Assembly (NCBI GenBank): GCA_965247115.1
Contig: CBDFGR010000003.1
Coordinates: 320,001-384,000, forward strand
Length of the DNA stretch: 64,000 bases
From: Myxococcota bacterium
GTDB taxonomy: Bacteria > Myxococcota_A > UBA9160 > SZUA-336
Direction: 5' to 3'
The notes under the pieces were generated by a model. That model was not told the DNA's origin, did not search any database, and was given only the letters and a program-made list of their open reading frames with translations. Of the stretch, positions 17,959 to 26,684 are shown piece after piece (position 1 is the first letter of the stretch; every line of letters starts with the position of its first letter). The position numbers and the translations under genes are program-made.

Positions 17959-18437
17959 AGCTGTTTAGCCTGCTGGTTCTTGTATTGGCCCTGTTCGTCG
18001 GGCAGGCCGCAGTCGCGCAGAGACTCGGGGCAGCACCGCTCGACCTGACCGGTAACTGGGAGGGGCAGGCGGTCTGCGACGAGCTGATCGACGGCGAGTA
18101 CACCCTTCACGTCTTCCCCGACCCGCTGGAGATCACCCAATTGGGAGACCGTGTCCGCGTCAGCGGTTTCGGCATCCTCTATGAAGGGACGATCCAGCAC
18201 CTCAAGGGCGGACCCAACGATGGTGAGGCGATGATCCACGCCTGCGGTGGCATCTCCGAGAACGAGGTGGTCCGAATCCAGCACATTGTGACCAAGCGGA
18301 ACGGCGAGGGACGGCTGGACGCGAACAGCCACTACGAGAGCGATTCTTTCTTCCCAGGCTCGCGGACCTACGGAACCTGCAAGTGGAACTACACTCGGGT
18401 CTCCCGCAAGGACCCCAAGGTGCCGGCCTGCGATTGA
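17955..18437 (+). CDS. Hypothetical secreted protein
   Basis: GGAG RBS, signal peptide MKLFSLLVLVLALFVGQAAVA, DLTGNWEG start, four Cys. Confidence 0.7.
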   Translation: MKLFSLLVLVLALFVGQAAVAQRLGAAPLDLTGNWEGQAVCDELIDGEYTLHVFPDPLEITQLGDRVRVSGFGILYEGTIQHLKGGPNDGEAMIHACGGISENEVVRIQHIVTKRNGEGRLDANSHYESDSFFPGSRTYGTCKWNYTRVSRKDPKVPACD

Positions 18438-18521
18438 CTCGTTCGCCCAGCCCCGGCATCCCCATCGGGCCGGTGCTGGTCCTCGATCGACGGGCAACCC
18501 TCTACTCGACTCTGTCGCCCT

Positions 18522-18686
18522 GCGACAAGCAACGCTGTTTTCGCGGCAATTCTCGCCTCACTGCTGCTTGGCGCGCCGATCTACGCGGCGGGAGCCATGT
18601 TTCAGAACCCTCATCTGAGTGTTGCCGGTAGCCTGCTTGTCGTGCTGATTGGCTTCGGAGTGTGCGTGGGGTGGTCGAAGAGATAG
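18522..18686 (+). pseudogene. Probable 3' remnant of a membrane-protein gene
   Basis: Reads ..AVFAAILASLLLGAPIYAAGAMFQNPHLSVAGSLLVVLIGFGVCVGWSKR* with no convincing start; ends 9 bp before the next gene. Confidence 0.35.
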
Positions 18687-18695
18687 GCCGGATCG

Positions 18696-19007
18696 ATGCG
18701 TCGTGAGGGGATCTACCGCGGGCTGTTCCTCGCGAGCGCGCTGGCGGCCCTCGTGGGCCTGCTTGGGGTGCAGGTGCCCGACCCCGCTCTCATCGGGATC
18801 ACCGAGGAGCCGTCCCGGATCCTGTTTTATGCGCTTTCCGCGCTGCTGCTGTTGCTTGCGGGTTTGACAGCGTTCTTCAGCGGGTCGCTCTGGTGGCTGG
18901 AGCGTCGGCGCTCGGGCGCGAGCGCAACCCGAGCCGTGCTAGTCCTCGCTAGTGCCGTTTGCCTGGCCGTCGTGCTCTCGCTGCTGAACCGCCTGCTCTG
19001 GACCTAG
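18696..19007 (+). CDS. Small hypothetical membrane protein
   Basis: 103 aa with three hydrophobic segments. Confidence 0.55.
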   Translation: MRREGIYRGLFLASALAALVGLLGVQVPDPALIGITEEPSRILFYALSALLLLLAGLTAFFSGSLWWLERRRSGASATRAVLVLASAVCLAVVLSLLNRLLWT

Positions 19008-19095
19008 TTCGAGTCGACAGGTCGCGCAATCGGTGGTAGTTCTGGTTCTAGCGGTTCTATACCGTCACTTTCCGAAGAGCAGTGGAAACTACGCG

Positions 19096-19644
19096 GTGTG
19101 TCCTGGACTCGGCGATTACCTCATAGCCCAAGCCAGAAACAACCACTGGAGCAATCATCGCCTGCATTCGGCATGTTTGCGTCTGCCTGCCCCGGAGTAC
19201 TACGCGAACCGCCCGAGCTTTTTCGGCTCCATACACATCCACCTTGATCACATCGTCTTCGTAGATTGGCTCTACTTAGAGCGCTTAACTGGAGAGCAGT
19301 ACCTGCCCGCCGACGTTGGGGACGAATTGCACAGCGAACTCGCGCCACTAGTGGAGGATCAGGTGACAGCCGATAGAGCGCTGATCGAGTACTGCGAAGC
19401 CGCGACGCCCGAAACCCTTGCCTCAATGGTGTCGTTCAAGCTTTTGGACGGTACACAGTACACGGAGGCTGTCTGGAGCGTGCTTGCGCATCTGTTCACG
19501 CACCAGGTTCATCATCGTGGTCAGGTGCACGATATGCTCTCGGCAACGTCAGTGGCGCCGCCGCAGCTTGACGAGTTTTTCCTCAGCTCCGATTTACCGC
19601 TTCGTGAGGCTGAGTTAAAGGCACCGAACCTGCCCATTGAGTAA
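19096..19644 (+). CDS. DinB-family protein
   Basis: NNHWSNHRL, SFFGSI...LDHI, HLFTHQVHHRGQVHDML, PPQLDEFF; start uncertain. Confidence 0.85.
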   Translation: MCPGLGDYLIAQARNNHWSNHRLHSACLRLPAPEYYANRPSFFGSIHIHLDHIVFVDWLYLERLTGEQYLPADVGDELHSELAPLVEDQVTADRALIEYCEAATPETLASMVSFKLLDGTQYTEAVWSVLAHLFTHQVHHRGQVHDMLSATSVAPPQLDEFFLSSDLPLREAELKAPNLPIE

Positions 19645-19753
19645 GGAGAACTGCTTCTTCGCTTCTCGAAGCAGATCGGCCTCGGCTCGCTTCCCCACCG
19701 GGCTCACGGCTCGCCCTACAGACGCCACCCCCCCATGATGCCTATCCTTCAGG

Positions 19754-20593
19754 CTAGTCCAGATCGCTCGCCGCGTGGCGCTCGGGTACGCGTTCTTCTT
19801 CCGGTCCCCAGGGCTTGTTGACGCGCCGGCCGCGTTGCACCGCGGGGCGTTTCTGAATCTCCGAAGCTCAGCGGACGACGTTCGTGTACGACTTCGCGTC
19901 AAGGAACACCTCGCCGTCGTAGCTGTTGTTCAACACCACGCCGCCGTACCAGGGATAGGTGGCCATGTCGGCGATCGTGTACTCGTCGCCGCCGAGATAT
20001 CTCCGCTCGGCAAGGTTCCGGTCCAGCACGTCGAGCTGGCGTTTCACTTCCATGGCGTAGCGATTGATTGGATATTCGAACTTCTCGGGTGCGTAGGCAT
20101 AGAAGTGGCCGAAGCCTCCGCCCAGATACGGGGCACTGCCCATCTGCCAAAACAGCCAAGACATGCATTCAGCCCGAGGAGCAGGAGCTTTGGGAAGAAA
20201 CGCATCGAACTTCTCAGCCAGGTAGACCAGGATCGCTCCAGATTCAAAGACCCTGGTCGGCGGCGATGTGCTGTGGTCGACCAGCGCCGGGATCTTCGAG
20301 TTTGGATTGGCCGCGACAAAGCCACTTCCGAACTGATCGCCGTCTATGTTGATGAGGTAGGCATCGTACTCCGCGTCCTGCTTGCCGAGAGCCAGCAGTT
20401 CTTCCAGGAGCACCGTCACCTTCACGCCGTTGGGTGTCGCGAGCGAATAGAGCTGGAGAGCGTGCTCTCCGACCGGCAGCTCCTTCTCATGCGTAGCTCC
20501 CGCGATCGGACGATTGATCTTTGCAAAACGCCCACCGCTTTCAGAGTCCCATTTCCAGACCTTCGGTGGCGTGTACGAAGCTGAGTCAGCCAA
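19754..20593 (-). pseudogene. yghU: Glutathione-dependent disulfide-bond oxidoreductase (YghU-like GST) with an internal TGA at 19868-19870
   Basis: YTPPKVWKW, INRPIAGA, QLYSLATPNGVKV, NPNSKIPAL, FESGAIL; past the TGA the same frame continues ASEIQKRPAVQRGRRVNKPWG...ERHAASDLD*, so the TGA sits where Trp is expected. Confidence 0.85.
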
Positions 20594-20619
20594 AGTGAGC
20601 CCTTTCAAGTGTAGAGGCG

Positions 20620-21384
20620 TCAGTGATTCCACCACGGGCGGTCCGAGAACGACCGCAGATCGATCTCGTGGGTCCAGGCGGAGCGATGCTGTTGCGACAG
20701 ATGGAAGTAGGTATCTGCGATTTCGGCAGGGAGGAGCAGTCCGTCGTGCTCCAGGCCGCGTGACTCTCGGAGCTGCTGGAATCGCTCTGGGCCCAGCATT
20801 TTCCCGAGCGTGTCGGGGGCGTCGACCGCCCCATCGATGAGGATGTGAGCGACATGGATGCCCTTGGGTGCGAACTCCGCGTTGAGAGACTGGCAGAGCA
20901 TGCGTCGCCCGCCCATGGCTGCCGCGTGGGAGTGCTGCCCGGCGTTGCCTCGCATGGCGGCCGTGGCGGAAGTCACCAGGATCGTGCCCTTGCCGCGTTC
21001 TTCCATCAGCGGGCAAACGGTCGACGCCACGCGAAAGAGCGCAAAGGTCGCGAGCCGCCAGCCCAGTTCGAACGCCTTGTAGCTGGTGTCGGCAAGGGCC
21101 CTGTCTCCGATCTGGGCGCCCAGGTTGAAGATGACGACCTCGATCGGGCCGGTGCTTGCCTCGACGGCGGCAACTCGCTCTTCGATCGTGTCGGCGTCGG
21201 CGGCGTTGAACAAGAAGCCCGACGCGGATCCGCCTTCGCCTTCAATAGTCTCCACCATTTTTCTGAGACCGGTATCGTCGGAGCGTCGACACAGGACGGC
21301 GTGATAGCCTTCCCGGGCGAAGCGCTTTCCGACGGTGCCGCCGATGCCGGCACCCGCGCCGATGACCAAACAGACAGGTTTCAT
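20620..21384 (-). CDS. Short-chain dehydrogenase/reductase (atypical)
   Basis: IGAGAGIG, TSATAAMRG, GIHVAHILIDG; the YxxxK position reads HAAAM. Confidence 0.88.
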   Translation of the reverse strand: MKPVCLVIGAGAGIGGTVGKRFAREGYHAVLCRRSDDTGLRKMVETIEGEGGSASGFLFNAADADTIEERVAAVEASTGPIEVVIFNLGAQIGDRALADTSYKAFELGWRLATFALFRVASTVCPLMEERGKGTILVTSATAAMRGNAGQHSHAAAMGGRRMLCQSLNAEFAPKGIHVAHILIDGAVDAPDTLGKMLGPERFQQLRESRGLEHDGLLLPAEIADTYFHLSQQHRSAWTHEIDLRSFSDRPWWNH

Positions 21385-21402
21385 GCCTCAAGGACTCCTT
21401 GT

Positions 21403-22155
21403 TCAGCGGGAGAAGTTGGGGGGCCGCTTTTCCCGAAACGCCGCGATGGCCTCGACGTTGTCGGGCGCGCCCATGAGCTCGTCGAAGACTTTGTTCTCCG
21501 CGTCGATCGCTGCCCAGATCTGCTCGCGACGCGGCGCCATCAAGAGCTGCTTGGTGTGAGTCAGAGCTGCCAGTGGCATCGCCGCGATGGTCTGCGCACG
21601 CTGCATGACGCCGTCGAGTAGCTGCTCGTCCGGAAGAACGTCGAGCACCAGCCCCGCCTCTTTACAGGCTCGAGCGTCCATCCAATCCGACGAGTAGAGC
21701 ATCCAACTTGCAGCCTGGTGGCCTAGCAGGCGGGGGAACGTGACCGTGCTCCCGGCCTCTCCGACGAGGCCGAGTGAGGTAAAGGGACAGCGCAGGCGCG
21801 CGCTCTCCGCCATGAAGGTCATGTCGGCCAGGCCGCAGATGGTGGCACCGAAGCCGACGCCGAGGCCATTGATCGCCAGCAGAAGCGGCTTGGGAAACTC
21901 GATCAGCGCCCTGAAGAGGCCGGCACCGCCGTGCTTGGGCGGCGCCATCGGCACCCCGACTTCGGTCAGATCCAGACCGGCGGAGAACGCGCGCCCTGCG
22001 CCCGTCAGCACGACGACCCGGGTCGTGTCATCGCCGCCCGCAGCCAGGAGCTCCTCGGTCAGGGCATCGAAGAGCGCGCCGTTGAATGCATTCAGGGCCT
22101 TGGGCCGATCCAGCGTCAAGGTACGTACAAAGCCCTTGTTGCGCGTCTGCAGCAT
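21403..22155 (-). CDS. Enoyl-CoA hydratase/isomerase family
   Basis: AFSAGLDL, FPKPLLLAING, GLVGEAGS, AFREKRPPNF. Confidence 0.92.
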   Translation of the reverse strand: MLQTRNKGFVRTLTLDRPKALNAFNGALFDALTEELLAAGGDDTTRVVVLTGAGRAFSAGLDLTEVGVPMAPPKHGGAGLFRALIEFPKPLLLAINGLGVGFGATICGLADMTFMAESARLRCPFTSLGLVGEAGSTVTFPRLLGHQAASWMLYSSDWMDARACKEAGLVLDVLPDEQLLDGVMQRAQTIAAMPLAALTHTKQLLMAPRREQIWAAIDAENKVFDELMGAPDNVEAIAAFREKRPPNFSR

Positions 22156-22308
22156 GGGTTTCTCCTCCAGGTCGAAGCCCCTCAGGCCTGCTCGGGTTCG
22201 GCGGTCGGGACGTTCTGGAATCGTATGCTATTAGCGCGGTCGCTTGCAGCGCGACGGCGGTTGTCCGCACGTCGGACGCTGCGCCTCTTCCCGGCGATAC
22301 AATGCCGT

Positions 22309-24099
22309 ATGTCGAAGCAACGAGGGAAGCTTCTAACGGGCCTGCTCCTGGCCGCGGTCGTGGCGGTCGCGCCGCCACCCGCCCGGGGCGACGGCGAAGC
22401 CGCGTTGCACGATGCCGCGGGCGACGACGCCAACTGGCTCACGTATGGACACGGCTACGCCAACCACAGGTACTCGGGGCTGGACGAGATTCGTCGGGAG
22501 AATGTCTCCGCACTCGTGCCCAAGTGGATCTACCAGACCGGGCTGACCGGCACGTTCCAGACCAGCCCGATCGTCCTCAACGGCCGGGTCTACCTGTCCA
22601 CCCCCGGCAACCACGTGGTGGCCCTGGACGGTGCCACGGGCGAGATGGTCTGGAAGTACTCGCACGAGATGCAGACGGAGAAGCCCTGCTGCGGCACCCA
22701 CAACCGTGGGCTTGCCATTGGCTACGGGCGGCTCTACCAGATCACCGCCGATGCCCGCCTGATCGCCCTGGACCGCAAGTCTGGCGCTCCGGTCTGGGAC
22801 CGGCCGGTGCTCGACCCGGCCACGGGTGACCCGGATGCCCCGGAGCAGGTGCGAAACATGGAGGCCCTGCCGCCGGAGGAGGTGGCTGGCTGGACCCGTT
22901 TCATGGGCAACATGGCCCCGCTGGTCCACGATGGGCTGGTGATTGTGGGCACCACGGGCACGGGCTACTCCGTCGTACTGGACGAAGCGGAGACCGACGG
23001 TGCTGGCGTGCTGGGCCGGCCCGGCACCCGGCGCGGGCTGCGTGCCTTCATCTCCGCCTATGAGGCGGATTCGGGGCGCCTGCGCTGGCGCTGGTACGCC
23101 ACCAAGGCCGATGGGTGGGAAGGGGAGTTCGTGACGGAGACCTCCCAGGGCGACCCTATGGAGCGGGACCTGGCCGCGGAGCGGGCGGCCGCCGAGGGCC
23201 ACCGGGATTCCTGGAAGGGCGGAGGCGGCTCCATCTATTCCTCGCCTTCTCTCGATCCGGAGTTGGGCCTGCTTTACTTCGGCACCGGCAACGCCTCCCC
23301 GTATGCAGACCTGTATCGCCCTGGCGACAATCTCTATACCGCCTCGCTGATCGCGCTGGACGTGAAGACCGGGGAATTGCGCTGGTATCACCAGGTCACG
23401 CCCCACGACATCTGGGGCTACGATCTGGCCACGCCGCCAGTACTGATTGACGTGCCCACGGATGCCGGCTCGGTCAAAGGGCTAGCCCAGGCCACCAAGT
23501 CCGGTTGGGTTTACTTCTTCGACCGCGCCACCGGCGAGGTGATTCGCCGTTCGGAGCCCTTCGTGCCGCAGACCAACCTTTTCCGCCGGGCGAAGGACAG
23601 CCAGGGCATCGTGGTGGCCCCGGGGGGCGTCGGTGGTGCCAATTGGCCGCCGGCCTCCTTCAGTCCCGAGACTGGCTGGGTCTACGTGACCGGGAGTCAT
23701 TCCCCCAGCAAGTACACCCTGGAGCCCGACGACAAGGGCAACCCGGTGAACATGCTCGGCGTCGCGGAGGGCGTCGAGACCTACGGCAGTCTCACGGCTA
23801 TCGACCCTGCTACCGGCAACATCGTCTGGCAGGAGCGCATGGAGCGACCCTTCAGCGGCGGCGTGTTGACCACGGCGGGGGGCCTGGCCTTCGCCGGCGA
23901 ATCCGGCGGGCATTTCACTGCCCGAGATACCAGGGACGGCAAGCTGCTCTGGCGCTTCCAGACGGGCGCGGGCGTGAACGCACCGCCCGTGGTGTACGAA
24001 GCCGGCGGCCGGCAATTCGTGGTGGTCGCCGCAGGTGGCCACCGCCTTTTCCGCACGCCCCCGGGGAACGCCGTGATTTCCTTCGGGCTGGCGGAGTAG
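22309..24099 (+). CDS. Periplasmic PQQ-binding beta-propeller, alcohol-dehydrogenase-like
   Basis: Signal peptide, NWLTYG...RYSGL, vicinal CC in KPCCGTHNRG, LYFGTGN, RPGDNLY, GGANW, GKLLWRFQTG. Confidence 0.9.
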   Translation: MSKQRGKLLTGLLLAAVVAVAPPPARGDGEAALHDAAGDDANWLTYGHGYANHRYSGLDEIRRENVSALVPKWIYQTGLTGTFQTSPIVLNGRVYLSTPGNHVVALDGATGEMVWKYSHEMQTEKPCCGTHNRGLAIGYGRLYQITADARLIALDRKSGAPVWDRPVLDPATGDPDAPEQVRNMEALPPEEVAGWTRFMGNMAPLVHDGLVIVGTTGTGYSVVLDEAETDGAGVLGRPGTRRGLRAFISAYEADSGRLRWRWYATKADGWEGEFVTETSQGDPMERDLAAERAAAEGHRDSWKGGGGSIYSSPSLDPELGLLYFGTGNASPYADLYRPGDNLYTASLIALDVKTGELRWYHQVTPHDIWGYDLATPPVLIDVPTDAGSVKGLAQATKSGWVYFFDRATGEVIRRSEPFVPQTNLFRRAKDSQGIVVAPGGVGGANWPPASFSPETGWVYVTGSHSPSKYTLEPDDKGNPVNMLGVAEGVETYGSLTAIDPATGNIVWQERMERPFSGGVLTTAGGLAFAGESGGHFTARDTRDGKLLWRFQTGAGVNAPPVVYEAGGRQFVVVAAGGHRLFRTPPGNAVISFGLAE

Positions 24100-24164
24100 A
24101 GACGCTCCGAATCTGCAGGCGGGCGCGTCAGCGCTACCGCTACCGCCCCATCGGAAACCAGACG

Positions 24165-24635
24165 CTAGTCGTCGTCGTGAGGGTATAGACCGGCCGTGCG
24201 GATGGACCAGGCGCGCAGGATTTCACGGTCGGCCATGGAGAGTCGTGCCTCCGGGTGACCCAGGATATAGATCCAGGGCGGCATCTCTCCCTCATCGACC
24301 TCCTCCCAGCACTCATTGATCAGCTCCCCGCGCTCGTTGGTCTCGATCCGATTCCAGGCCGAAAAATTAAGCTCCTCCCGTCCGTCGTCCACGTCGTGCT
24401 TCAGCAGCCACGAGACGGGAGCCACGCGGCTATACCACGGCCAGACCGTCTCGTTCGAGTGGCAGTCGTAACAGGCCCTGCGCAGCACCAATCTAATGTC
24501 GTCCGGCACCGGCATCTCGGTCTCGACGGGCGGATTCGTCATCGACACGGGAACGAACTGGATCATGATCAGAGCGGCCAGCGCGACCCACGCAATACGC
24601 GGCAGCCATCTCCTGATCTGCAGCTTAAGATTCAA
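24165..24635 (-). CDS. Haem-binding (Haem_bd) cytochrome c-like protein
   Basis: N-terminal TM, TNPP, RACYDCHSNETVWPWYS, LNFSAW, GEMPP. Confidence 0.88.
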   Translation of the reverse strand: MNLKLQIRRWLPRIAWVALAALIMIQFVPVSMTNPPVETEMPVPDDIRLVLRRACYDCHSNETVWPWYSRVAPVSWLLKHDVDDGREELNFSAWNRIETNERGELINECWEEVDEGEMPPWIYILGHPEARLSMADREILRAWSIRTAGLYPHDDD

Positions 24636-24673
24636 GGTCGTGCTTCCTTCAGACTCGACACGCGGATTTCAGT

Positions 24674-25456
24674 CTACTGCCCGCCACCCTCCACCGCGAA
24701 GATCACGACCGGCTGAGCGACGCCGCGCAGCTCTGCAGGGGGAAGCTCTCGGAGCACGAAGCGAGGATCGAGGGTCTCCCGGAGGTCGCGGGTCACCAGG
24801 ATGTCCGCGTCGTGCAGTCGGGTCAGGTCCTGAACGCGCGCCGCGACGTTGATCGTGCTGCCGACGAGGGCGTACTGGATCAGGTCCTTGCTCCCCACCA
24901 ACCCAGCAACACCGATTCCGCGGTGCAGGCCGATGCCCATCGCCAGCGGTGGGTGGCCGTCCTTCTCGAGCTCGCGGTTGTACGCCTCGAGCTCGGCTCG
25001 CATCGCCAGAGCGGCGTGGACCGCGTCGTCGCCCTGCCATGGATTCGGCTCGATGGCACCGAACATCGCGAGCAGGCCATCGCCGATCAGTGTAGAGAGG
25101 TACCCGCGGTGTTCCGTGATGGCGCGACTCATCCGTTCGAAGTAGCCGTTCAGGATCGTGACGAGGACGCTCGGGTCGACGCTCTCGCTGAGCGGGGTGT
25201 AGCCGACCAGGTCCGCGAAGAGGACGGAGACCTCCTTCTTCTCTCCGCTGGTGGAGACTCCGCTCGCGATGACTCGTTCGACGATCTGCTCGGGAGCGAA
25301 GCGGCCGAAGGCGCGCTGCAGGCGCTCCAGCTCTGCCGAGGCGCTCTCCACGCGGCTTCGCAGTGCCGACAGCTGCCGGGAGCGACGGCTCAGCAGGACG
25401 AGCAGCGCTGCGATGACGAGCGTCGCGCCCGCGAGCAGGACTGCGGGCGAGGGCAT
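24674..25456 (-). CDS. Membrane-anchored class III nucleotidyl cyclase
   Basis: One TM plus helical linker, VLFADLVGYT, IGDG, GIGLHRG, GSTINVAAR. Confidence 0.9.
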   Translation of the reverse strand: MPSPAVLLAGATLVIAALLVLLSRRSRQLSALRSRVESASAELERLQRAFGRFAPEQIVERVIASGVSTSGEKKEVSVLFADLVGYTPLSESVDPSVLVTILNGYFERMSRAITEHRGYLSTLIGDGLLAMFGAIEPNPWQGDDAVHAALAMRAELEAYNRELEKDGHPPLAMGIGLHRGIGVAGLVGSKDLIQYALVGSTINVAARVQDLTRLHDADILVTRDLRETLDPRFVLRELPPAELRGVAQPVVIFAVEGGGQ

Positions 25457-26536
25457 CAGCCCTCGCAGAGGGCCAGGGACAGTCGGCAGGTCGCGTTCGC
25501 CAGGCCGACCACACCGAGCAGCTCCACGAACTGCGCCTCCGTGAGCTGCTCGCGCAGCTTTCGGCCGCGGCGCTGGATGTCCGCGGGGCGAGGGCGAATG
25601 GTCTCGCGCGCGAACGGGACGATGGCCGCCTCGATCGGATCGAGCTCCGGCGAAGCGAGATGGGAGAGGACCTCCTGGACCTTGCCCTCGTCGAGGCCGT
25701 TCTGTGTGAGTGCGTTCGTTGCCTCGCGTTCGCAGCGCTTGCTATCCAGCCCACGCGCCACGACGGCAAACACCAGGGCCTTCGCCCGCTCGGTGAGGAT
25801 CGGCGAGCTCAAGGCGCTGTCGAGGAGCTGACGGGAGGTGCGCGCGATCGGCAGCCCGTCGAGCTCGTTCGTCAGATAGGAGAACAGTCCCGACTTCAGC
25901 TCTGGCGGCAGGAATTCCGGCTGGCCCTGCTGGAAGTGCGAGCGGAGGTACATCGCGACCAGGGGTCGGAACAGCTTCACGAACCAGCGCTCCTCGAGTG
26001 GCCGCTCCAGCGGCATCGCGGGCAGGGTCGTGATCCGATTACCCATGACTGTGAAGGCCGCCACGTAGGCGATCTCCTTGACGGACTCCTCGCTGTAGCC
26101 AGCTTCTCGCAGGGCGTCTCTCTCGGCAGCGGCGGGCGGCGGATTCGCGCGCGAGACCTGGCGAGCAAAGTCGAGGGCCAGCCGTTCCCTGGGGTCGTCC
26201 TCTGCGGTAAAGGACATGTCTTCCAGCCGCTGGATCCGCTCCTCGTCGAATCCCTGGATCCGGAGCAGACTCCGCTGGGAGCCGTAGCAGAACCGGCAAG
26301 AATTGTCCTGGCTGACGACCAGGAAGATGAGATCGGCAAGCGCGAGGTCGGTGTGGACGAGCTGGCGGGTGCGGTAGGACGTTCCGGAGCTGCGCGCGAG
26401 CCAGGGGACAGGGCTGAAAGAAGGAAATCGTGGGCAGAACGAACCCGCCCGCCTTGCGGATCTCCCGTTCGACCGCCTTGTCCCTCCTGGGCTCCAGGAG
26501 GCACTCCTCCCACTCGATCTCCTGTGTGGCGCTCAT
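25456..26536 (-). CDS. Two-domain AhpD/carboxymuconolactone-decarboxylase-like protein, frameshifted near 26405
   Basis: MSATQEIEWEECLLEP...FFQPCP then, one base shifted, WLARS...LVVSQDNSCRFCYG...RIQRLED running into the 25456-26217 ORF; TGATG coupling to the cyclase. Confidence 0.75.
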
Positions 26537-26684
26537 CGCTCCATCCTCGGTCGTCGACCGGCTGTGGTCAAGATCCGCGAACCCCCGTCCCTCGCCTTGC
26601 TCCTCCATAATAGGCGTGAGCGGCATCCTGCGCGGGGGGGCGGCGCGGAGCGGCTATTTGACACCTCCACAGGGGATTCGGGAG

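Noticed and set aside
19868..19870. Selenocysteine or alternative genetic code at the yghU TGA
   Set aside because: The position corresponds to Trp, not Cys, and TGA is used as a normal stop throughout the window.
22309..24099. Lanthanide-dependent methanol/ethanol dehydrogenase (xoxF/exaF)
   Set aside because: The D-x-D motif is incomplete (G-Y-D) and the Glu ligand appears absent, so the symbol is not supportable.
24674..25456. Pycsar anti-phage cyclase
   Set aside because: No adjacent TIR or cNMP-binding membrane effector; single-TM architecture fits a signalling cyclase.
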